From Minisyncoccia bacterium (lineage in GTDB: Bacteria > Patescibacteriota > Minisyncoccia > Phycocordibacterales > UBA9973), in assembly GCA_049317285.1 (NCBI GenBank), contig JBMOIO010000005.1, positions 1 through 55,702 of the forward strand: DNA of 55,702 bases, written 5' to 3'. Below the pieces are notes generated by a model. That model had not been told where the DNA came from and made no database searches. It was given only the letters and a program-made list of their open reading frames with translations. Below, piece by piece: positions 1-7,361 of this stretch. Every line of letters begins with the position of its first letter. Position 1 is the stretch's first letter. The translations under genes were made by a program, and so were the position numbers.

Positions 1-103
1 AAATGATTAATTGTTAATTTAGAATGAGTGTCTGATGATTGGGGTACCTTGCAATTGCTGCACTAGTGACTGCTGAGTATACTCAAGAACATAGAATGGG
101 TGT

Positions 104-826
104 GTGAAGAAAGGGGTACCTTCCAATCCCGATTTTCCATTGCGTAAGTTTGTAATAAACCAAGATGGTAAAAAACTTACTGGTAGTTGGTCCAAAGGAC
201 GGCATAAAAGATATGCGTTTTATCGCTTTGGGGGTAATAATTCAAATCACAACAGAGATAAGTTTGAAGAAGCATTTATGGCTTATGTAAATAAATATGG
301 CTTTGATGATACAAAAATTAAAAGATTAAAAGAGCTCGTGCGAGAGAACCTAGTGAAAGCGACACTAGACCAACGCAAAGAGACGGACCGTTTGAAAAAA
401 TATATAAATGAGCTTACAGAAAAGCAGACAGGTATAATCAAAAAAAACTTAGATGGGATTATTCCTGATAATGTTTTGAAACAACAACTAGCAATGATAG
501 ACAAGGAATTACTTAATGCAAATGCTTCGCTTGCTGTGATGCCTAACACAGACACCAATTATGAGGAAGCTGTAGAGTTTCTTGAGGAATATCTGAAAAA
601 CCCAAGTGCTGTATGGAAAAATGCAAAGATAGGAGTGCAAGTTAAATTGCAATGGTTCCAATTTCCACTAGGTTTGACGTTTCAAAATAATTTTTTTGGA
701 ACCGCTGAAATATGTAGCTTTTTCAAAGTAAAAGACCTCGCCTTGGGGACGAAGTCTTCTAATGTGGACCCTAGGAGATTCGAACTCCTGACCTTTGCTT
801 TGCAAAAGCACTGCTCTACCAGCTGA
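104..826 (+). pseudogene. 5'-truncated large serine recombinase (C-terminal half only); the ORF ends antisense inside tRNA-Ala
   Basis: NPDFPLR...KLTGSWSKGR..YAFY followed by a long coiled coil resembles the LSR post-recombinase-domain region. In-frame stops lie upstream of 104 and there is no catalytic YxRxS domain. The tail VDPRRFELLT... is antisense tRNA. Confidence 0.65.
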
Positions 827-837
827 GCTAAGGGCCC
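765..837 (-). tRNA. tRNA-Ala(TGC)
   Basis: GGGCCCTTAGCTCAGCTGGTAGAGC...TTTGCAA...GGAGTTCGAATCTCCTAGGGTCCA; G3:U70 pair; anticodon TGC. Confidence 0.96.
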
Positions 838-1041
838 GTATCAATTATTAACTAAATTGCACTAAATATTGCGTCGCCCTGTATCTGCCAAAACAGCTAA
901 GGGCCCGTAGCACACATTCTACTATATTCTCCGCTGTTTGCAATACATAACTCCCCCGCCAAAGGTTTTCAGTGATTCATCGTACCACTACCGTTTGTTG
1001 ACATATTATTAATACAAGGTATTATAAAAAAACTATTTTCT

Positions 1042-1428
1042 ATGAGAAAAGTTATCGTTATGGGCCTTGGTGCCCATTGCGGTCCCGGTCTTCGAAGAAT
1101 GTTTGTACAACACCTTGCAGCAGAACCCCTTTTGTTGAGCATACACAGCTGTGGGACAGAAAGTTCTGTACTAATCATCAGTGACATAGTTGAACAAGAA
1201 CGCATTGTGCGAGAGCATGAATCTTCCAGAATGGAAGAGATGGTCATCACAAATATTTGGGAACATCTTAATAAAATTTCTGTCCTGGTTCACGATCCTG
1301 CTCTTTATGAACAATCCCCTACACTACCTTCCTGTTGTACCCCGCGCATAGCAAAAGCTATCGTGCATATCTGTCAGTACTCTAGGATACGACCGCCCCC
1401 TTTAAAAAAAGTGGGCGGTTTTTTATAA
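1042..1428 (+). CDS. hypothetical protein
   Basis: 128-aa ORF preceded by TTGACA(998)-16nt-TATTAT(1020); no recognisable family. Confidence 0.5.
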   Translation: MRKVIVMGLGAHCGPGLRRMFVQHLAAEPLLLSIHSCGTESSVLIISDIVEQERIVREHESSRMEEMVITNIWEHLNKISVLVHDPALYEQSPTLPSCCTPRIAKAIVHICQYSRIRPPPLKKVGGFL

Positions 1429-1484
1429 TGGACGAAACAGGGGTTTTAGCGTATACTGCCCGCACTACAAATAACGACATTTAT

Positions 1485-1610
1485 ATGGGCAAAAGAGATA
1501 CATCACTAGGAGCAAAGAAAAAGTCAACGCATTCACACAAGACCCAAAAGCGTCTTGCGATCAAAAAAGAAATGCTTGCAGAACGCGCTTCAAAAAAGAA
1601 GTCAAAGTAA
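1485..1610 (+). CDS. small Lys-rich basic protein (41 aa)
   Basis: MGKRDTSLGAKKKSTHSHKTQKRLAIKK...; followed by a hairpin at about 1615-1647. Confidence 0.5.
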   Translation: MGKRDTSLGAKKKSTHSHKTQKRLAIKKEMLAERASKKKSK

Positions 1611-1665
1611 TACAAACAAAAAACCGTGCACTGCACGGTCTTTTGTTTCTATCTTATAAAAATGA

Positions 1666-1923
1666 TTAGACGTTTGAGAGGTGCTTTGAAACGAGTTTTG
1701 TCATTTCAAACATAGTCACCACATCCTTGCCGTCGAAAATCTTTTTAAGCTTCTCGTCTGCAATGATATTGCGCTTGTTTGCAGGGTCCTGGAGATCATG
1801 CTTTTTAATGTAGACCCAGAGTCCTTTTACCACCTCGGTGCGGGGCATTGGGCCCTTTCCGATAATGTCTGCCAGTTCGTCGCTCAGTGCCATTGGTTTC
1901 ATCAGTCCTGAATTTGTAGTCAT
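1666..1923 (-). CDS. stand-alone SWIB/MDM2-domain protein
   Basis: LSDELADIIG..MPRTEVVKGLWVYIKKHDLQDPANKRNI.ADEKL is the SWIB signature. Confidence 0.93.
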   Translation of the reverse strand: MTTNSGLMKPMALSDELADIIGKGPMPRTEVVKGLWVYIKKHDLQDPANKRNIIADEKLKKIFDGKDVVTMFEMTKLVSKHLSNV

Positions 1924-2062
1924 AGGGTATAGTATAGCCTATTTGCAGAAATATGGTATAGCACAGAGTTATTGTTTCAAAAAAGGAAATTCTGCCACTA
2001 CTTCGTATTCGTATGCTGGCGGTGTGTAGTCAGGTCGCCTTATAGTTACTTCGTTATAGATA

Positions 2063-2518
2063 CTACGCAGTGAGATAGAACGCGAGTAAAAATAATCCAC
2101 CCCACCATCCACTATCAGAAACAATCAGGCTCATCATGATTTTCTTTTGCCAGTGCGCCGGCAATAATTCTGCCGAACGACCTTCTTTTTCTCGTTGAAG
2201 TAAAAACGGACTGACCCTAAAAGAAAGAAAGTATCCATTTACTATGAGCACTCCCGCGATAACAGCATGCACCAATGGAATACCAGAGAGGGGTTGTTCT
2301 CGATAAAAAATCAGTCCGCCAATAATAGCGCACGCAATTCCAATCCAAATCATTGGCTTGGTTATTTTATGCGTGCGCGTTGTTGCTTCAGTCCAATAGG
2401 AAGATTTTCGCCCGAGAAATCCATGAATATCTATCACTGTCACCGCCCCTAACCCAACAACAAAACCTGCAAAAAATAAAAAGAGTCCTATTGTGTCAGC
2501 GCTAATTGCAATTGTCAT
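2063..2518 (-). CDS. 4-TM membrane protein of unknown function
   Basis: Hydrophobic segments; start moved to MTIAIS to avoid overlap with the divergent HTH gene. Confidence 0.7.
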   Translation of the reverse strand: MTIAISADTIGLFLFFAGFVVGLGAVTVIDIHGFLGRKSSYWTEATTRTHKITKPMIWIGIACAIIGGLIFYREQPLSGIPLVHAVIAGVLIVNGYFLSFRVSPFLLQREKEGRSAELLPAHWQKKIMMSLIVSDSGWWGGLFLLAFYLTA

Positions 2519-2588
2519 ACAGTAATAGTATACAGCGTTTATTTGAAAAAATATATCTTTACAGTAAGGTGAAGAAAAAAGAAATAAT

Positions 2589-2903
2589 ATGAGCAAAAAA
2601 CGTATTGGATTACTCATTGCATTAATCCGAAAGAATAGCGGTATAAAACAGGGTGACTTCGCAAAAAGTCTTGAAATCACACAGCCGTATTTATCACAAG
2701 TTGAAAAAGGTATAAAAGAACCGAGTAATACCTTACTTCAAAAAATTTCTGAGAAACTTGAAGTTCCTGCAGCATTTATTCATCTCCTTTCAATTGAAAA
2801 AGAGGAGGTACGAGAAGATCGTAGAATGGCATGGGAAATGCTTACTCCTGTTATTAAACAATTATGTATTTCTATTTTTCCTGAAAAATTACAAAGTGCT
2901 TGA
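2589..2903 (+). CDS. XRE-family helix-turn-helix regulator
   Basis: IRKNSGIKQGDFAKSLEITQPYLSQVEKGIKEPS HTH_3 pattern. Confidence 0.9.
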   Translation: MSKKRIGLLIALIRKNSGIKQGDFAKSLEITQPYLSQVEKGIKEPSNTLLQKISEKLEVPAAFIHLLSIEKEEVREDRRMAWEMLTPVIKQLCISIFPEKLQSA

Positions 2904-2945
2904 CCTTATTCCTTCTGCCTAGTTTAGGTGGAGGGAATTTTTATT

Positions 2946-3132
2946 TACCCGACAGGGAATCTCTCCCTCGCCTCTCAATTCGCCAGTCGCTCATTTCGGG
3001 CTGGGCACCAGCTCAGTAGATTTCTCTGCTAAGAAATCATACTTCCGCTGTTCTCGTCCCTACGCAGGCAAAGCAATTTGCCTGCTGTCGGGTAGCAATG
3101 AAAAAACACCCGAAGGTGTTTTTTCATTGCTA
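2946..3132. repeat. tRNA-Gln 3'-end mirror structure (direct copy, spacer, interrupted inverted copy, hairpin)
   Basis: TACCCGACAGGGA 2946-2958 equals 8848-8860. GTTCTCGTCCCT[25-nt insert]GTCGGGTAGCAA 3050-3098 matches the tRNA T-arm/acceptor. Hairpin at 3093-3132. Confidence 0.8.
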
Positions 3133-3162
3133 GCCGTATGGGACGATGTAAGAAACCTGATA

Positions 3163-3195
3163 TTGACATATTGATAATAAAACGTATTATCAATA
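3163..3195 (+). promoter_or_regulatory. sigma70-like promoter overlapped by an 11-bp inverted repeat (operator-like)
   Basis: TTGACA 3163-3168, TATTAT 3185-3190; TATTGATAATA-aaacg-TATTATCAATA 3169-3195. Confidence 0.55.
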
Positions 3196-3207
3196 AAAAA
3201 TTAAATC

Positions 3208-3477
3208 ATGGCATTACTACGAAAAAACAGCATTCCCTATTGGGAAGAAAAGTTAAAGGCAGAAGAAATTAAATTCGGCGGAGATGAAAAAAATATAGTT
3301 GTGTATGTCGACAAAAGAGACGAGGAAGGACATCACGAGCTTAAGTTAACTATTGCCAAAATTGGGCGGAAGATCTTAATGTATCTCACAGGAATGGGAG
3401 GTATTGATACTAAAGGTAAGAGCAATGAGGAAATCTTTGGACAATTCATTTCATACAGATCAGTATTTTTCTCTTAA
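3208..3477 (+). CDS. hypothetical protein (cassette cargo)
   Basis: 89-aa ORF with its own promoter and a downstream hairpin (3495-3524). Confidence 0.65.
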   Translation: MALLRKNSIPYWEEKLKAEEIKFGGDEKNIVVYVDKRDEEGHHELKLTIAKIGRKILMYLTGMGGIDTKGKSNEEIFGQFISYRSVFFS

Positions 3478-3560
3478 CAACATTTTATTTTTTTGACCTC
3501 TGAGCTAATTACTTAGAGGTTTTTCTATTGCTAGCAGTGTGGGACGATATTAGAACTGTA

Positions 3561-4493
3561 TTACTGACTAAATAATCCTAAAAACCGCTTCTTAACAAGC
3601 TTTGAAATTGGGAACTTTTCGGATTTAAAAACCTTTATCTTTTCTTCTTGATTTTGATAATCCTCTATAAATCTATCAAAATCTAATGCTCCGCCATATA
3701 AACCAACTGTTTTATGTTTACTATCAATTGGCAATTTCCCAACCAGTTTAAACCTATCAACGAAATGAAGCAGGTCAACGTGGTCAACACCTAAAACACT
3801 CAGAGTAATGTCCAACTGCTTTGCATGTGAAGTAACCCATTTGTCGTACGCTTCAATTCCTTGTTCTTGCATTACTTTCATTGACTCATCAAAATTATAA
3901 CTTCCAGATGAAGGAACTTTTTTTCCTATTATTTCACACTTCTTTAAGTCTGAAATAGCAGGCTTTTTCAAGCTCTTATATGTTGTAGGTGTAAGATAAT
4001 AAGTACAACGCCCTTTATGTTGAATAATGTTTATTAAAATACATGCATAATAAAAATCATTATCACCCTTAAATGTTAAAGCATCGTCTATTTGAAAGAT
4101 AAAGTTTTTTACGGTTGTATATTTTTTTCTTTTTCGTATTTGTGATTTAGGGGTAGATATTTTAGTTAATAACTTTTCTAAATTTCTTTTTCGTGTATGA
4201 GCCTCTTTTTCTCCGGCTTCTTCATTCCACATTTTAACTCCAGCACCCTTTTGAATAATGTCTCTTACTTCAGATAAAATAGACTCTGTAAGAAAGCCTG
4301 TTTCCCAGAGTGCTAAAGCATAGGTGGTAATAAAAATTTCAATTTCTTCGTCACCAATCGCCTCATTGCGTGATTGCTCAATTTTTTCTTTTATAGTTTC
4401 TATAGGAGTTCCTGTATCATAAAGCTCCATGAATTCATTATAAATGTCATGGGCAAAATCACTGTCTATAATTTTTGTACCATCAATTGCCAT
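3561..4493 (-). CDS. hypothetical protein (element cargo)
   Basis: 310-aa AT-rich ORF, apparently co-transcribed with 4503-5105. Confidence 0.8.
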   Translation of the reverse strand: MAIDGTKIIDSDFAHDIYNEFMELYDTGTPIETIKEKIEQSRNEAIGDEEIEIFITTYALALWETGFLTESILSEVRDIIQKGAGVKMWNEEAGEKEAHTRKRNLEKLLTKISTPKSQIRKRKKYTTVKNFIFQIDDALTFKGDNDFYYACILINIIQHKGRCTYYLTPTTYKSLKKPAISDLKKCEIIGKKVPSSGSYNFDESMKVMQEQGIEAYDKWVTSHAKQLDITLSVLGVDHVDLLHFVDRFKLVGKLPIDSKHKTVGLYGGALDFDRFIEDYQNQEEKIKVFKSEKFPISKLVKKRFLGLFSQ

Positions 4494-4502
4494 ATACTGA
4501 TT

Positions 4503-5105
4503 TTATTCTCTGATACCTTCCGACCCTTTTAAGTCTATTTGCGAAGATAGTGATTTTAATATTGATGATCGGTATTCTACATCCTTTTCTGAAAGTTCAA
4601 CTTTATTATTAAGGATATCGATTATTAGGAATATTTCAAAATACTCATTTTCATAAAAATATTCTGTCTCAGAAGAATCTTGATCTAAAAATTGTCTATC
4701 ATTAAATAATTTAAATCTAATAGGCTCGCTATCTAGATTTGAACAATCTCCCTCCATCGCAACAGAGGTCATAGACAATTCATTCGCCATCACCATATCC
4801 GCTTGTTCATATCCGTATTCTTTAGAAAGAAATACGAGAAAATCATTACTTCTCTTTCCTTGTGATTTAAAGATTACTCCGTTCGGTGTGGCTACCACTG
4901 TTGGTTTACCATTCTCATCAAATGTTACTTTTGAAGTTTTATCTTGAACAATGATGCGGAATCCTATATCCCGTTCCGAAAGAATTACATCTAATATAGT
5001 CTTACCATTTTCAAATGAAACATTTTTTATAGAAAGACTAATGTCTGCAAATTCAACTTCAGAAGCTGATTTAGATTTTTTATTGGATTTAAAAAAGTTA
5101 AACAT
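4503..5105 (-). CDS. hypothetical protein (element cargo)
   Basis: 200-aa acidic ORF starting MFNFFK. Confidence 0.8.
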   Translation of the reverse strand: MFNFFKSNKKSKSASEVEFADISLSIKNVSFENGKTILDVILSERDIGFRIIVQDKTSKVTFDENGKPTVVATPNGVIFKSQGKRSNDFLVFLSKEYGYEQADMVMANELSMTSVAMEGDCSNLDSEPIRFKLFNDRQFLDQDSSETEYFYENEYFEIFLIIDILNNKVELSEKDVEYRSSILKSLSSQIDLKGSEGIRE

Positions 5106-5179
5106 ATTGCAATATTAGCATTTTAGAATTTCAGTTCCTAACTTGACCACAATAGAACATTAGCCACCCATGGAAATAA

Positions 5180-5260
5180 CCAGTCCGTCCGACGCTCCTC
5201 CGCAATACGGGGTCCCCATACAGTCTCGAAGAGCTGTATGGGGTTGCGGGGACGGGCTGG
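5180..5260. other. GC-rich nested stem-loop, candidate single-strand origin or structured RNA
   Basis: CCAGTCCGTCC/GGACGGGCTGG, CCGCAA/TTGCGG, CCCCATACAG/CTGTATGGGG, CTC-GAA-GAG tip. Confidence 0.5.
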
Positions 5261-5298
5261 GTATTTGACATATCTTTGAATAATGATTAAATGCGTAA

Positions 5299-6159
5299 AT
5301 GACCCCAAAAGATCAGTCCATGCTTAATACTCTTAATCTCCTCGTGATGCTCTCACGATCTACAAAACAGTTAGCTTTTGGTATTCCGGAAGAAGATAAA
5401 TACATACTCACAGTAACAAAGCAAAATCTCATCGATTCTGATCTTACGCTCCCTGAATTTACCAATACTTTGAACACTCTCGCTAAGAAAGGTTACGTCT
5501 GGCACATGGTATTTCATGATGAGAATCTACGCTCTCAGATAAACAATTTAAAAAATAGTGGACAACATGATCAAATTAAAACTGCACTTGAAAAATTAGA
5601 GGAAAAAGGTTTTTCAGATAAGCTTAACGAAGCATCTATTAAGCATTTCGGCGAACTAATTCCAAAAAATATTGATTTTGACTACAGTGATATTAATGAC
5701 GATAATCAAACCGCTACAGAAGCATTCAACGGTGGCTTAGAGATATATAGTAAAATGAAACCAGACGATATTGGCTTAGTTCTGTTACTGCCTTTTAGAG
5801 ACATAGAAATTCTTTTCAATAAGATTAATGACGGTAAAAAATTTGAAGAAATTCAGGATGATGGTTATTGGTATGACCCAATTAAATATGAATTTCACAT
5901 TGATGGGAAAACTATAAAGACAAGCAATCGTGGTTTCCCTAATCTTGTTCATTTCGTACTCTCAGCTATTTTTAATAATCCTAATGCTACAAAAATTGAT
6001 TATGAAGAAATAGCAGGTTTTGATTCCACTAAAGGTAATAAACCATATCGGGACGCAATGATAAAATTTATTAATAAACATCCAAAGCTTAAACAAATGT
6101 TTTCTGTTCATCTATATCATATTGAGTTTAACTCCGAAAAATACAACGACACGCAATAA
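5299..6159 (+). CDS. hypothetical protein, first gene of the Rep-recombinase run
   Basis: 286-aa ORF with TTGACA at 5265; no capsid-like basic N-terminus. Confidence 0.8.
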   Translation: MTPKDQSMLNTLNLLVMLSRSTKQLAFGIPEEDKYILTVTKQNLIDSDLTLPEFTNTLNTLAKKGYVWHMVFHDENLRSQINNLKNSGQHDQIKTALEKLEEKGFSDKLNEASIKHFGELIPKNIDFDYSDINDDNQTATEAFNGGLEIYSKMKPDDIGLVLLLPFRDIEILFNKINDGKKFEEIQDDGYWYDPIKYEFHIDGKTIKTSNRGFPNLVHFVLSAIFNNPNATKIDYEEIAGFDSTKGNKPYRDAMIKFINKHPKLKQMFSVHLYHIEFNSEKYNDTQ

Positions 6160-6201
6160 GTTGGTCAACTATGCGCAACTCTGATTTTCTATGATCTAGA
6201 G

Positions 6202-6417
6202 GTGAGCATATTTAGTAACAATTTAATACAAGAATACCAAGCAGAAATGCAGATTTCTTATGGTGTTACTATTGCCGACACTGAAGCTCAAATTCAGCTA
6301 TTAGCTTTAACTAGCAGTATGTTTCCAATAACTACTAAGGGTTCAAAGGTTGGACCGAGGGTCGGGGCTAGTATTACCCCGACTTCGGGACAACTTAACT
6401 CTTTTAACTATCAATAA
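6202..6417 (+). CDS. small hypothetical protein upstream of Rep (possible regulator or directionality factor)
   Basis: 71 aa; stop lies 2 nt before the Rep ATG; its 3' part overlaps the ori hairpin. Confidence 0.55.
   Translation: MSIFSNNLIQEYQAEMQISYGVTIADTEAQIQLLALTSSMFPITTKGSKVGPRVGASITPTSGQLNSFNYQ
6355..6388 (+). other. rolling-circle origin stem-loop with nonanucleotide TAGTATTAC
   Basis: GTCGGGG(6361-67)-CTAGTATTA-CCCCGAC(6377-83), extended by CCGA/TCGG; TAGTATTAC at 6369-6377. Confidence 0.9.
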
Positions 6418-6419
6418 CT

Positions 6420-7358
6420 ATGAGCGATACACCTAATAAAAGTCATAGATATTGTTTTACAATTCACAACTATACAAAGGTTGAATTGAAAAATTTTCAT
6501 AAACTCGCAGAAGCCTTAGAAAAGCATCGCTATATTTCTTATGGTTTGGAAATTGCCCCTGAAAACAAAACTCCTCATATACAAGGATACGTGGAATTAA
6601 AAACAGCACAGCGCTATAGTTTTCTTCACAACTATTTTAATTTCAAAAGAAAAAAAGAAGTTCTGAAATTTCATGTTGAAATTGCTAATGGTACAGCAGA
6701 AGATAATAAGAAATACAATTCTAAAGATGGAGAGTTCTTTGAATTTGGCGAATCTACTACACAAGGAACACGCACTGATTTAAAAGTAATAAAGGAAGCT
6801 GTTAAAGCAAATCCTAAAAATCTAAAAGGTACGATTGATGAACACGGAAACAACTATCAACAAATAAAATTTGCTGAATCTCTAACAAAATATTATTTAG
6901 AAAACAGAGACCCTTCAGCACCTCCTATTGTTTATTGGATATACGGATCACCTGGTATAGGAAAAACCAGAATGATCTATAGAAATTTTAAAGATGTATG
7001 TCCCGTGTCTTCTTATAATTGGTTAGGTACAGATTACGCTCAAAATGAATGTTTTCTCTTAGACGATTTTAGAAGAGATGATCTTCCATTTAATACGGTA
7101 TTAAAAATTACTGATCGTTATCCTTTTACCTTGGAATTTAAGGGTAGTCAGATACCATTGAACTCACCGTATATTATTTTCACTTCTCCTAAATCAATAG
7201 AAGAAACTTACCATTTCTCTGGTGAGGATATTAAACAGTTACACCGTAGAATCATACAAATACACATTACAGATGAAAGTGAGGCAGAAAATATTGACCT
7301 AAAGAATTTAGATCCGAAATATATTCACAAAGCCGTCAATGATTACAACCAAGAGTAG
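6420..7358 (+). CDS. rep: CRESS/circovirus-like replication initiator (HUH endonuclease + SF3 helicase)
   Basis: Motif I CFTIHN, II PHIQG, III YNSK, QGTRTDL linker, Walker A GSPGIGKT, Walker B LLDDF, motif C IFTS, Arg finger LHRRI. Confidence 0.93.
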   Translation: MSDTPNKSHRYCFTIHNYTKVELKNFHKLAEALEKHRYISYGLEIAPENKTPHIQGYVELKTAQRYSFLHNYFNFKRKKEVLKFHVEIANGTAEDNKKYNSKDGEFFEFGESTTQGTRTDLKVIKEAVKANPKNLKGTIDEHGNNYQQIKFAESLTKYYLENRDPSAPPIVYWIYGSPGIGKTRMIYRNFKDVCPVSSYNWLGTDYAQNECFLLDDFRRDDLPFNTVLKITDRYPFTLEFKGSQIPLNSPYIIFTSPKSIEETYHFSGEDIKQLHRRIIQIHITDESEAENIDLKNLDPKYIHKAVNDYNQE

Positions 7359-7361
7359 TTT

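Larger units (their letters stand above)
3127..3533. mobile_element. 401-bp mini-cassette or remnant between two TTGCTA att cores
   Basis: TTGCTAGCCGTATGGGACGATGTAAGAA (3127) vs TTGCTAGCAGTGTGGGACGATATTAGAA (3528); carries a promoter, one ORF and a terminator. Confidence 0.7.

Noticed and set aside
20-127. CRISPR array
   Set aside because: Only two copies, with 6 mismatches, and no cas genes in the window.
5299-6159. Capsid gene making the element an integrated ssDNA virus
   Set aside because: No Arg-rich N-terminal arm and no evident beta-rich jelly-roll pattern; cannot be supported without a structure search.
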